Source: Fidelibacterota bacterium (lineage in GTDB: Bacteria; Fidelibacterota; Marinisomatia; Marinisomatales; TCS55). Taken from it: a stretch of 58,909 bases of DNA. Positions within the stretch are counted from its first letter, which is position 1; every line of letters starts with the position of its first letter. The DNA is taken from contig JBHHTW010000012.1 of assembly GCA_046861385.1 (NCBI GenBank), forward strand, positions 1 to 58,909, given 5' to 3'. Position numbers and translations under genes: made by a program. The notes beneath the pieces are model-generated. The model saw nothing but the letters and a program-made list of their open reading frames with translations, searched no databases and had not been told where the DNA came from. Positions 8,056 to 18,072 of the stretch are shown here, piece by piece.

Positions 8056-10035
8056 ATGGCGCAAAATTTAACCGAAAAAATAGTTCAAAAATGCGCAGTC
8101 GGTTTGCCCGAAGGAGCTGTTGTTCATTCGGGTGATTACATTTCTATCCAGCCGGATCATATCCTTACCCATGACAATACAGCGCCGGTGGCAGAAAAAT
8201 TTAAAACTATTGGCGCGGTTAAAATGGCCAGGCCTCGCCAGCCCATGTTTGCACTAGATCATAATGTGCAGGATACATCAGAAGCAAATTTAAAAAAATA
8301 TACTGGCATTGAAGTGTTTGCAAAAAAGATGGGTGTGGATTTTTATCCGGCAGGCAGGGGCATAGGTCATCAGATAATGTGTGAAGAAGGGTATGCTTTT
8401 CCCGGGACTATGGCGGTTGCTTCGGACAGCCATGCCAATATGTATGGCGGTTTGGGGTGTCTGGGAACTCCGGTTGTCCGAACAGATGCAGCAGCAATTT
8501 GGGCTACAGGCAGAACTTGGTGGCAAGTACCGCCTATTGCTAATGTAGAATTTATAGGAAAGCTCTCTGCAGGTGCGACCGGGAAGGATGTAATAATAAC
8601 ACTGGCAGGATTATTTAATAAAGATGAAGTATTGAATCACGCCTTAGAATTTTCTGGGGAAGGAATAAAATCTTTGTCTGTTAATGACCGGTTAACTATC
8701 GCCAACATGACAACTGAATGGGGAGCGCTTGTTGGATTGTTTCCCATTGATTCTGTCACAATTCAGTGGCTGAACAACCGAGCCGATTTCGTTTCAGCAA
8801 GGGGGTTAGAAGGTGTCCCTTCCGATAAAGATAGTATTAACGGAATTCATCCAAGAATGAATCATGACCGGATTCAGCAGTTGGAAAATGAACATCTTAC
8901 TGCAGATGAAACTGCATTTTATTCAAAAGAAATCACTTTGGACCTCGCTACTGTTACTCCCCATGTCGCTGGCCCGGATAATGTAAAAACCATAGCTTCA
9001 ATAGCGGAAATGACACGTAAAGACATCACTATTAACAAAGCTTATCTGGTGAGTTGCACCAATAGTCGGGCGGATGATTTAGCCCAGGCTGCAGATGCTG
9101 TTCGTGGGAGGAAGGTAGCTGAACACGTTGAATTTTATATTGCCGCAGCTTCCAGTGAAGTTCAAGCAGTTAGTGAAAATAACGGCGACTGGCAAACATT
9201 GTTAGATGCAGGAGCTCGTCCTTTACCTCCCGGGTGCGGGATGTGTATCGGATTGGGAGTTGGATTACTCCAAGAAAATGAAATTGGAATTTCTGCCACA
9301 AATCGAAATTTCAAAGGACGCATGGGCGATCCAACTGCGAAAGCTTATTTGGCATCTCCTGCAGTAGTGGCGTCGTCGGCAATGGCCGGAAAAATTGTCG
9401 GTCCAAAATTATTTTCAAATGTCAAACCAACAAGCAGTATCGTCATAAACAATCAACCGTCTTCAAAGAAAAATTCTGTTTCATTATTAGAAGGGTTTCC
9501 AGGAAAACTATCCGGAGAATTGATATTTTGTCATCAGGATAATTTGAATACTGATGGAATCTATCCCGGTAAATATACCTATGTGGATGGATTAACTCCT
9601 GAACAGATGGCTGCAGTTGTGATGGAAAATTATGATCCTGAATTTGAAAAAATTGTTGAAGAAAATAACATTTTAGTCAGTGGGTTTAATTTCGGTTCGG
9701 GAAGTTCAAGAGAACAGGCTGCCACTGCGTTGAAATACAGAGGTATTCAATTGGTAATCGCCGGCTCATTCAGCCAAACCTATAAGCGGAATGCTTTGAA
9801 CAATGGTTTTTTAGTCATTGAGGCTCCGAAACTGGTGAATGATTTAAAGGAAAAATTTGGCGTGAATAAATTGACCGTAAAAACAGGGTTGAAAGCAACT
9901 ATTAATTTTATTTCCTCTGTACTGATTGTCAATGAAAAAGAATATTCCATTTCACCCGTTGGTGTTGCGGCACAGGAGTTGATATTGACCGGTGGTTTGG
10001 AAAATTGGGTGAAAGAAAGAATCCAGAACGAATAG
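8056..10035 (+). CDS. lysF: Single-chain homoaconitase (LysF/Lys4-like aconitase family)
   Basis: THDNT, ASDSHANMYGG, LVSCTNSR, GCGMCIG, SATNRNFKGRMG, DNLNTDGIYPGKYTY, GSSREQA. Confidence 0.8.
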   Translation: MAQNLTEKIVQKCAVGLPEGAVVHSGDYISIQPDHILTHDNTAPVAEKFKTIGAVKMARPRQPMFALDHNVQDTSEANLKKYTGIEVFAKKMGVDFYPAGRGIGHQIMCEEGYAFPGTMAVASDSHANMYGGLGCLGTPVVRTDAAAIWATGRTWWQVPPIANVEFIGKLSAGATGKDVIITLAGLFNKDEVLNHALEFSGEGIKSLSVNDRLTIANMTTEWGALVGLFPIDSVTIQWLNNRADFVSARGLEGVPSDKDSINGIHPRMNHDRIQQLENEHLTADETAFYSKEITLDLATVTPHVAGPDNVKTIASIAEMTRKDITINKAYLVSCTNSRADDLAQAADAVRGRKVAEHVEFYIAAASSEVQAVSENNGDWQTLLDAGARPLPPGCGMCIGLGVGLLQENEIGISATNRNFKGRMGDPTAKAYLASPAVVASSAMAGKIVGPKLFSNVKPTSSIVINNQPSSKKNSVSLLEGFPGKLSGELIFCHQDNLNTDGIYPGKYTYVDGLTPEQMAAVVMENYDPEFEKIVEENNILVSGFNFGSGSSREQAATALKYRGIQLVIAGSFSQTYKRNALNNGFLVIEAPKLVNDLKEKFGVNKLTVKTGLKATINFISSVLIVNEKEYSISPVGVAAQELILTGGLENWVKERIQNE

Positions 10036-10121
10036 AATATTGAAAAAATAGGGTAATTTTTACAGCAATTAAATAAATTTAGAAAGTGCTTTGTTATTAT
10101 ACGCATTATAATATATAATTA

Positions 10122-10166
10122 TGCGAATATAATCGCAATATAAAATAATAAATTGCGAATACAATC
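10122..10166. promoter_or_regulatory. Tandem palindromic boxes upstream of the second ATPase gene
   Basis: TGCGAATATAATCGCA at 10122-10137; second copy TGCGAATACAATC at 10154-10166. Confidence 0.5.
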
Positions 10167-10175
10167 AATGAAGTA

Positions 10176-11303
10176 ATGATAAATAGACTTTTAAAAAATC
10201 AAATAATTCAATCTTTTGGCAAGAAAAAAGTCGCGATTTTGTTAGGTCCTAGACAAGTTGGCAAAACAATACTTGCAAAAGCGGTTTCCGATCAATCGGG
10301 AATGAAGACTTTGTGGTTAAATGGCGATGAGCCGGATATTCGGGAATTGCTAACAAATGCAACATCTACCCGGTTAAAAAATATTATTGGTAAACACGAA
10401 TTGGTTGTAATAGACGAAGCTCAGAGAATTACAAATATTGGACTCACGTTAAAATTAATAATTGATGAAATACCATCTGTCCAAATATTTGCTACTGGAT
10501 CATCTTCATTTGAGTTAGCCAACAAAATTAATGAGCCCCTTACCGGTAGAAAAAATACATTCTACTTGTATACGATTTCGTTTCAGGAATTATATGATTA
10601 TTCCAATTTGTTAGAAGAACAAAGAAATCTTGAACATCGGATGATCTATGGTTCTTATCCGGACGTAATAAATAATTCTGGAGATGAGATCAATGTGCTG
10701 GCACAGCTATCAGACAGTTATCTTTATAAAGATATATTTACATTTGATAAATTGAAAAAGCCTGATATTTTAGAAAAATTGCTGCAAGCCATCGCATTGC
10801 AATTAGGGCAGCAGGTAAGTTACAATGAATTAGGAAAACTCATTGGAGCTGACAATCAAACTGTTGAAAAGTATATTTATCTTTTAGAAAAAACATATGT
10901 CATCTTTCGGTTAGGTTCCTTTAGTCGGAGTTTGAGAAATGAATTAAAAAAATCCAGAAAAATATATTTCTTCGATAATGGCATTCGTAATGCTATCATT
11001 AAAAATTATCGCCCTTTGGCATTGAGAACTGATACTGGTGCGTTATGGGAGAATTATTTATTGAGTGAAAGAGTTAAAACCAATCATTATTCAAGACGGT
11101 GGATGAACAAATACTTCTGGCGTACGCAAGCTCAACAGGAAATTGATTATATCGAAGAAAGAGATGGAAATCTTTATGCGTATAAATTCAAATGGAATCC
11201 AGCAAAAAATATTCGCTTTCCAGCTACATTTTCAAAAGCGTATCCGGAAGCAAAACTTCAGGTAATCTCACGAGATAATTATTCAGAGTGGATTCAAGGA
11301 TAA
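10176..11303 (+). CDS. AAA_14 ATPase with C-terminal DUF4143-like domain
   Basis: GPRQVGKT, IDEAQ, TGSSS, LTGR, KIYFFDNGIRN, LWENY, EIDY. Confidence 0.85.
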   Translation: MINRLLKNQIIQSFGKKKVAILLGPRQVGKTILAKAVSDQSGMKTLWLNGDEPDIRELLTNATSTRLKNIIGKHELVVIDEAQRITNIGLTLKLIIDEIPSVQIFATGSSSFELANKINEPLTGRKNTFYLYTISFQELYDYSNLLEEQRNLEHRMIYGSYPDVINNSGDEINVLAQLSDSYLYKDIFTFDKLKKPDILEKLLQAIALQLGQQVSYNELGKLIGADNQTVEKYIYLLEKTYVIFRLGSFSRSLRNELKKSRKIYFFDNGIRNAIIKNYRPLALRTDTGALWENYLLSERVKTNHYSRRWMNKYFWRTQAQQEIDYIEERDGNLYAYKFKWNPAKNIRFPATFSKAYPEAKLQVISRDNYSEWIQG

Positions 11304-11342
11304 ATTCATAAAAAATATTCGAAAACAAAAAAAGGATTAGCG

Positions 11343-12539
11343 ATGACGAAAAGAACAATTGTCAAAATGCCTGGTGACGGCATAGGTAGAGTAGTGTTGG
11401 AAGAAACAATTCGTGTACTGGATGCTGTCGGATTCGAAGCGAATTATGTTGAAGGTGATATCGGTTGGGAATTTTGGTGTACAGAAGGAAATCCACTCCC
11501 AAAACGAACGATTGATTTGCTTACAGAACATAAAATCGGTCTGTTTGGTGCCATCACATCCAAACCAAAAGATGATGCCTTTGAGGGACTGAGTCAGGAA
11601 TTAAAGGAAAAAGGATTGGTATACTCCAGTCCGATAGTTGGATTGCGTCAGCATTTTGGATTAGACATTTGTCTACGCCCCTGCCGAACCTACAAAGGGA
11701 ATCCGTTGAACTTTATTCGAAGAGGAAAAGGGGATACAATTGAAGAGCCGGAAGTGGATGTGGCGATTTTCCGTCAAAATACAGAAGGATTATACGGCGG
11801 TGTTGAATGGAGCGATCCGCCGGATCAGGTATATGATGCGCTGATGACTCATGCGAAGTTCCAAAAAAACTTCGGAGACGCACCAAAAGAAGAAATTTCC
11901 GTTTCAACGAGAATCTTTACCAAAAACGCAACAGAGAGAATTTTGCGAGCAGCTTTTGACCATGCCAAAAAGTATAAATATAAATCCGTTACTGTTTGTG
12001 AAAAGCCAAATGTAATCCGTGAAACTTCCGGTATGATGTACAAAATGGCTCAGCAGATTCAAAAAGCAGGTTATCCTGATATTGAACTATGGAATACAAA
12101 TATCGATGCCCAAATGATGTGGCTGACCAAGAATCCTGAAAATTATGGTGTCATCGTCGCAGGGAACATGTTTGGAGATATTGTCTCCGACGGTTTTGCC
12201 GGTCTCATCGGCGGACTTGGCTTTGCCTGTAGCGCACAATATAATCCTGAAACCGGCGTGGGTGTTTTTGAACCAACACATGGCAGTGCTCCAAAATATG
12301 CTGATTACCCAATTTCAATTGTTAATCCGATTGCTATGGTAGAATCTGCCTGTATGATGTTGGACTATATTGACGAGCAGGAAATAGCCAAAAAGATCAG
12401 AAAAGCAGTAGCAGTAATAGTGGCTGAAGGTAACGTCAGAACATACGATATGGCAAAAATGTCTGGACGAGCTGACGTAATAGAAAATGGTGCTGCATCA
12501 ACATCCCAAATGACAGATGCTATTATTTCAAAACTATAG
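11343..12539 (+). CDS. Isocitrate/isopropylmalate dehydrogenase family, homoisocitrate dehydrogenase-like
   Basis: PGDGIG, YSSPIVGLR, RQNTEGLY, KPNV, NMFGDIVSD, FEPTHGSAP. Confidence 0.85.
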   Translation: MTKRTIVKMPGDGIGRVVLEETIRVLDAVGFEANYVEGDIGWEFWCTEGNPLPKRTIDLLTEHKIGLFGAITSKPKDDAFEGLSQELKEKGLVYSSPIVGLRQHFGLDICLRPCRTYKGNPLNFIRRGKGDTIEEPEVDVAIFRQNTEGLYGGVEWSDPPDQVYDALMTHAKFQKNFGDAPKEEISVSTRIFTKNATERILRAAFDHAKKYKYKSVTVCEKPNVIRETSGMMYKMAQQIQKAGYPDIELWNTNIDAQMMWLTKNPENYGVIVAGNMFGDIVSDGFAGLIGGLGFACSAQYNPETGVGVFEPTHGSAPKYADYPISIVNPIAMVESACMMLDYIDEQEIAKKIRKAVAVIVAEGNVRTYDMAKMSGRADVIENGAASTSQMTDAIISKL

Positions 12540-12547
12540 GAACGAAA

Positions 12548-13990
12548 ATGGAACAATCAATCGCAAGACAAATTGCTGAATTCGCCGTCAACCTGAAATA
12601 CGAAGATTTACCCGATGAAGTGATTCACGAAGTTAAACGATATCTCTATGATTCTATTGGATGTGCTTATGGCAGTATGAAAACGAATGATGTGAACACT
12701 ATTCTCGAAATATACAAAGAAATGGGTGGCACGGATGAATCCACTGTGATCGGGTTTGGAGACAAAATGCCAGCAGTAAATACTGCGCTTATAAATTCGC
12801 TGATGATCAGGGCGTTGGATTTCAATGATATTTACTGGAAAGATGATCCCAGTCATCCCAGCGACATTATTCCAGCGGCTTTAAGTACTGCAGAGAAAAT
12901 GAATTCGTCCATGAAAGATGTCATTGTTGCAATCGTTTTGGCTTACGAATTTGAACAGCGATTATGTTTATTTGCAAAACCAGGTGTCCGTGAACGGAAA
13001 TGGCACCATGCCACCCTGACTCAATTTGTTTCACCCATTGTAGCTGGAAAAATTCTTGGTTTATCAGTTGACCAAATGGTAAATGCAATTGGAATAAATG
13101 GCTGCCATAACCATACGATTGGTTGCCCGACGGCGGGTGTCCTGACAATGATGAAAAATACTGTTGACCCTATGGCAGTCCAAAGCGGTGTGTTTGCAGC
13201 ACTTATGGCAAAAAAAGGATATTCTGGAACGGAAAAAGTGTTTGAAGGCAAGGAAGGATTTATGGATGCATTCATCGGTTGGGATGCAAAAGAAGAAATA
13301 ATGAATCCCAGAGATATGGAAGGGCGAGACGGTATCTCATCTTGGGGATGGGATGTAGAGGCGCTCGTAGGAAATTTGGGAAAGGATTACAAAATTCTTG
13401 AGTGTGGTATGAAAGCATTTCCAACAGAAGCTCTAACCCATACTCATATTTCATGTGCGCTGAAAGCTATGATCAATAATGATCTTGACTATACTGACAT
13501 TAAAGAAGTTAAGGTAACTGCCTTCGCTCAAGCATATGATATTCTATTTGATCCGGCCAAATATCGTCCTGAATCCAGGGAAACAGCTGACCATTCACTG
13601 CCCTATTGTATGGCAGTGGCCATCGTAGATAAAAAAATTACTACAGAATCATTTTCCCATGAAATGTTGAATGATCCGAGAGTATTTGAAGTCATTGACA
13701 AGATAAAAGGAGAACCTTCATTGGAATTTGAAAAAATGTTTCCGGCAAAACAGCCATCAAAAGTTGTAATCACCACAAAAGATGGGCAAGAATATTCAGA
13801 ATACCTTGAATATCCCAAGGGTGATCCCCGGGAACCAATGACTATGGAAGACTTAGAGAATAAATTTAATTCTCTTGCCGGAAAGTCATTTGATCAAAAT
13901 AGTATGAAATTACTTAAGGGACTTATATTTGACTGTGAAAATATTACCGCACGGGAGTTTATGTCTCAACTTATAGTTAAAAAAGGTTAG
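12548..13990 (+). CDS. MmgE/PrpD family dehydratase
   Basis: RALDFND, HPSDIIPA, ETADHSLPY, YPKGDP. Confidence 0.9.
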   Translation: MEQSIARQIAEFAVNLKYEDLPDEVIHEVKRYLYDSIGCAYGSMKTNDVNTILEIYKEMGGTDESTVIGFGDKMPAVNTALINSLMIRALDFNDIYWKDDPSHPSDIIPAALSTAEKMNSSMKDVIVAIVLAYEFEQRLCLFAKPGVRERKWHHATLTQFVSPIVAGKILGLSVDQMVNAIGINGCHNHTIGCPTAGVLTMMKNTVDPMAVQSGVFAALMAKKGYSGTEKVFEGKEGFMDAFIGWDAKEEIMNPRDMEGRDGISSWGWDVEALVGNLGKDYKILECGMKAFPTEALTHTHISCALKAMINNDLDYTDIKEVKVTAFAQAYDILFDPAKYRPESRETADHSLPYCMAVAIVDKKITTESFSHEMLNDPRVFEVIDKIKGEPSLEFEKMFPAKQPSKVVITTKDGQEYSEYLEYPKGDPREPMTMEDLENKFNSLAGKSFDQNSMKLLKGLIFDCENITAREFMSQLIVKKG

Positions 13991-13991
13991 T

Positions 13992-15161
13992 ATGAAAAAT
14001 TTTGGACCCGACTTTTACAATATAACCGATTTATTGACTGAAGAAGAATTACTCATTCAAAAAACAGCCAATGAATTTGTTCAATCAGAATTCATTCCGG
14101 TGATTAATGAACATTACGAGCATGCAACATTTCCAATGGAATTAGTCCCCAAATTAGGTGAATTAGGATTTATGGGCTCATCGCTCCCTGTTGAATCAGG
14201 CGGGGCAGGGGTTAGTAATGTTGCCTATGGTTTGATTCTTCATGAATTGGAACGGGGCGATTCCGGTTTGCGTTCTTTTGCCAGTGTGCAAGGTTCTTTA
14301 GTGATGTATCCTATTCACTCTTATGGATCGGATGAGCAAAAAGCAAAATGGCTTCCCGGATTAGGAAATGGATCAAAAATCGGATGTTTTGGGTTGACAG
14401 AACCCAATTTTGGTTCTAATCCCGGAGGAATGGCGACAAGGTGCAAAAAAGACGGGGATGATTGGATTATTAACGGCAACAAGATGTGGATTACCAGCGG
14501 TTCTATCGCGGATGTTGCTGTTATCTGGGCCCGGGATGAAGAGGGAATTGTCCGTGGATTTTTGTTGGAAAAAGGAATGGACGGATTTACATCCAGCGAC
14601 ATTCATGGTAAATTAAGTCTTCGAGCTTCAGTGACTTCTGAACTGTCTATGGTCAACGTTCGAGTCCCCGATTCTGCCAGATTACCAAATATTGAAGGAC
14701 TGAAGGGGCCATTGAGTTGTTTGACCCAAGCCCGTTATGGTATCGCCTGGGGGATGGTCGGTGCAGCGACTGATTGTTACAACACTGCTTTAGATTATTC
14801 AAAAGAACGGAAACAATTCTTAAAACCAATCGGCGGATATCAACTTATACAAGCAAGCCTGGCGGAAATGCTAACTCAAATTACGGAAGCACAGCTTTTG
14901 GTTTATCGTTTAGGAAGACTGAAAGATGAGGGGAAAATGACCTTTCAACAAGTGTCCATGGCGAAACGAAACAACTGCGCTATGGCACGTGATGTGGCAA
15001 GAATATCCCGGGAAATGCTGGGAGCGAACGGAATTACCGAAGACTATTCACCCATTCGTCACATGGCTAATATTGAATCGGTGTATACGTACGAAGGGAC
15101 CCATGAAATGCATACTTTAATTTTGGGACAGGCTATTACCGGGATGGCAGCGTTTGATTAG
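13992..15161 (+). CDS. Acyl-CoA dehydrogenase, glutaryl-CoA dehydrogenase-like
   Basis: ELERGDSGLRS, SVQGSLVMYPI, FGLTEPNFGSNP, ARYGIAWG, YTYEGTHEMH. Confidence 0.8.
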   Translation: MKNFGPDFYNITDLLTEEELLIQKTANEFVQSEFIPVINEHYEHATFPMELVPKLGELGFMGSSLPVESGGAGVSNVAYGLILHELERGDSGLRSFASVQGSLVMYPIHSYGSDEQKAKWLPGLGNGSKIGCFGLTEPNFGSNPGGMATRCKKDGDDWIINGNKMWITSGSIADVAVIWARDEEGIVRGFLLEKGMDGFTSSDIHGKLSLRASVTSELSMVNVRVPDSARLPNIEGLKGPLSCLTQARYGIAWGMVGAATDCYNTALDYSKERKQFLKPIGGYQLIQASLAEMLTQITEAQLLVYRLGRLKDEGKMTFQQVSMAKRNNCAMARDVARISREMLGANGITEDYSPIRHMANIESVYTYEGTHEMHTLILGQAITGMAAFD

Positions 15162-15196
15162 AAGAATTGATATTTTAATTGATTGAATATCCGTGT

Positions 15197-16378
15197 TCAA
15201 TCATCTTGATTTTGATTATTCTTTAACCGGATCAGTTCACTCATTGGATGGAAATTTTTCCAGGAAAACCAATATTCATCGGAAATTTTTATTGGTTGGA
15301 GGTTTTTCTTAACAGGTCCTCGAATATAGTGTCCTCTTAAATCCCAGATTGTTCCTGTATTTTTGTCCACGATACATTGTTTTTTATTAAGAGAAAATTC
15401 AAAATGGTGATGACCGATTGTATGTCTAAATCCATTCACTGTATCATTTGTGTGGATTAACGAAAATCCCAACTCTTCATTTTTAATAATACTTAATTTT
15501 GTGATCTCCTTTTTAATGTAAACAACCTGATATTGAATTGTGGAATCTATGATTCCAATGACACGAGTTTTGGAAGGAAAGGTTGTATCTTTTGATGAAA
15601 GTCCGGGGGTTAATTCTGTAGACATGACCTTTTTCCATACCCCTGGCATAGGAAGACTGAATGGTCTGAAATCGTTATCAGTCACCACAGCAATCAAAGG
15701 TAACGGATTTAACCTTTTTATATCTTTCCATGATAATATTTGAAAGGGAATCATCTTCAGCTGGTAGGGATGAAGTTTCCCGATAATAGATTGGAAGGTA
15801 GCCTGTTGAAAAAATGTTTTAGTCTTTTTATCAGCAACAATCATATTGGCATTTTTAAAGGATCCCACAAATAACGGTCCCATGTCTGTCACGTCAAAGG
15901 GAATAATACTCCGGCACATGGCACAGTATGTTAACGATATAATCTTTTTCCCAAATCGATCATTTATAATGTGATGATGAACCACATAATCCAACGGATA
16001 CGCTTTGATGATTCCATCCACTTCAATAACAGCCAATTGACAGTTTTCCTGGATGGGAAGCGAATTGACTTCATGGGTCATTTCTGGAAAATCAACTGCT
16101 TTAAACCAGTTTTCCTGATGTAGTTTATAAACAAGAATGACTGATAGCGATACTAGTAATAAGGATAAAATCGTCCCGACGGTTAACGGAGCAGATATTT
16201 GTTGAAAATGATTAAGAAAAACTGTTCCAAAAGATCCAAAACAAAAGATCCACGCCAATGGTTTTCGAATATGATAATGATAATAGAGCCATGTTGCAGG
16301 GATTTTTTCTATTAATGTAAATATTGCAAAAAACCCATTAATGAGCGATAAAAATGCAATGAAATAATGATAATTCAT
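15197..16378 (-). CDS. DUF3179-family protein with N-terminal TM helices
   Basis: KAYPL...HHIIND...TYCAMCRS (CxxC), C-terminal YWFSWKNFHP. Confidence 0.7.
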   Translation of the reverse strand: MNYHYFIAFLSLINGFFAIFTLIEKIPATWLYYHYHIRKPLAWIFCFGSFGTVFLNHFQQISAPLTVGTILSLLLVSLSVILVYKLHQENWFKAVDFPEMTHEVNSLPIQENCQLAVIEVDGIIKAYPLDYVVHHHIINDRFGKKIISLTYCAMCRSIIPFDVTDMGPLFVGSFKNANMIVADKKTKTFFQQATFQSIIGKLHPYQLKMIPFQILSWKDIKRLNPLPLIAVVTDNDFRPFSLPMPGVWKKVMSTELTPGLSSKDTTFPSKTRVIGIIDSTIQYQVVYIKKEITKLSIIKNEELGFSLIHTNDTVNGFRHTIGHHHFEFSLNKKQCIVDKNTGTIWDLRGHYIRGPVKKNLQPIKISDEYWFSWKNFHPMSELIRLKNNQNQDD

Positions 16379-16427
16379 TTAACCAGTTAAATATGAGTTA
16401 TTCATAAAATGATCATGAGTATCGTTG

Positions 16428-17474
16428 CTAATGACTCGGGTAGATTTCATGGAGTGGAATCGTATATTCAATTCGTTGATTTCCTCTAACATCCCAAATC
16501 TCCGCCTTGATATTAGGATGGCTACCATTGAAGGCAATCGTCAACAGTCCGAAGTTATTATCCATGACCGGTCCTTTTATTCGATTTTTATTCGGGGTAG
16601 CGAAATCCCAGGTAGAAGATAATCCACTGGATGTTATATCGTAAATGGGATATAAATCAGGGAAGTCTAATCTCGATATTTCTGCATAATGTACATCACC
16701 ACTGATGAAGAGAATTCCAGATGCTTTATTTTTCTTTATGAGGTTTAAAAATCGTTTTTGCTCCAGGGGAAAATTTGCCCATGCCTCATACCCATTGTAT
16801 TCAATACCAAATTGGGTACTGGAACCGATAATTCTTAAATATGCATTTTTCTGTAATTGTTGATCCAGCCATGCCCACTGTTTTTCCCCTAACATGGTCG
16901 AATCGTTGATTAGGTAGGGAGAATAATCCAATGAATAAAAATATCGGGAATCATTTTTCATTTCTCCCTGGTAATTCTGCAGGTTATCTCTGAATGTTCG
17001 AGTATCCAACAGAATGATTTGAACAATTTTCCCTCCCAGGTTATATTCGTATGATTCGTAGATTCCTTCATGATTTCGTCTTTCAGATTTAACGGGTTCG
17101 TCGAAAAAATCCATAAATATTTCTTTTGATTCTTTCTTAAAAGGGTAGTGTCTCCCGGCATCATTCTTCCCGTAATCATGGTCATCCCAGGTGGCCAGAA
17201 TTTCAACGTGATTTTTAAGATTTTGAAAAGATTCCTTAGCTCCCAGTCGTTGATATTTTGCCCGGAGGGTATCCATGTTATTGGTATCGCTATAAATATT
17301 ATCCCCTAAAAAAATGAAGAGATCGGGCTGATGTTTTACAATTTCGTTGAAAACAGGCAGCGGTTCATCCTGATATCCACAGGAACCAAAAGCAATTTTC
17401 ATAACGGGCTCTTGTTCTGTGCAATGATAGACGAAAAATAGAAAGAGTACAAAAATGATTGTTTTTTTGGTCAT
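16428..17474 (-). CDS. PhoD-family alkaline phosphatase/phosphodiesterase
   Basis: IAFGSC, FLGDNIYSD, WDDHDYG, LLDTR, ISGDVH; hydrophobic N-terminus ending in Cys. Confidence 0.85.
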   Translation of the reverse strand: MTKKTIIFVLFLFFVYHCTEQEPVMKIAFGSCGYQDEPLPVFNEIVKHQPDLFIFLGDNIYSDTNNMDTLRAKYQRLGAKESFQNLKNHVEILATWDDHDYGKNDAGRHYPFKKESKEIFMDFFDEPVKSERRNHEGIYESYEYNLGGKIVQIILLDTRTFRDNLQNYQGEMKNDSRYFYSLDYSPYLINDSTMLGEKQWAWLDQQLQKNAYLRIIGSSTQFGIEYNGYEAWANFPLEQKRFLNLIKKNKASGILFISGDVHYAEISRLDFPDLYPIYDITSSGLSSTWDFATPNKNRIKGPVMDNNFGLLTIAFNGSHPNIKAEIWDVRGNQRIEYTIPLHEIYPSH

Positions 17475-17540
17475 AAAATTGTCCACCTTTCATAGTGATT
17501 CAACAGAATGGTGAAAATCCAGCTGATATTTACCAACAGT

Positions 17541-18011
17541 TTATTTTCCTTTTTCCCAATAATCCTTCATCAATTCGTTGGACCAATCCGGCTGCTTGAT
17601 TTTACCTTTGGGCAGGTACTGACTATAGACCGGTTTAATATCCAAAATTGGTGTGCAATCAATCGCATCCAGGTTGGAAACAGTCAATTTTCTTCCTTCC
17701 TTCTTAATCAGATTAACGGTTGTTAATCCGATAGGATTGGGTCGGTCTTTTTTACGCTGAGCAAAAATACCTACTTTTGGCCAAGCCGGGTTTTCTCTCG
17801 GATGCTCACTTCCGGTAACGATGCGATTGGTTTGATCCAAGTGATAAATAATATTCAAGTGTGAAAATGATTCAATACCATCCAAGGATTCAACCGGATT
17901 CGAATCCAATAAAATAATTTCAGAAATAATCTCACTCCAAAAGTCGTCTGTTATTCTTTTCCGGTCATTTTTTACAAATGCAATCGGATGAAATATGATT
18001 TCATTATTCAT
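17541..18011 (-). CDS. TrmO/TsaA-like SAM-binding methyltransferase family
   Basis: GIFAQRKKDRPNPIGLT, LDAIDCTPILDIKP. Confidence 0.8.
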   Translation of the reverse strand: MNNEIIFHPIAFVKNDRKRITDDFWSEIISEIILLDSNPVESLDGIESFSHLNIIYHLDQTNRIVTGSEHPRENPAWPKVGIFAQRKKDRPNPIGLTTVNLIKKEGRKLTVSNLDAIDCTPILDIKPVYSQYLPKGKIKQPDWSNELMKDYWEKGK

Positions 18012-18072
18012 GATAATTTCAATCGTATTTTGTGGATATAATCATTTATTTTCTTTGAAGGGCTATTAAGAG

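Noticed and set aside
15197-16378. DUF3179 as a second selenoprotein
   Set aside because: The ORF is uninterrupted and its CxxC uses Cys codons
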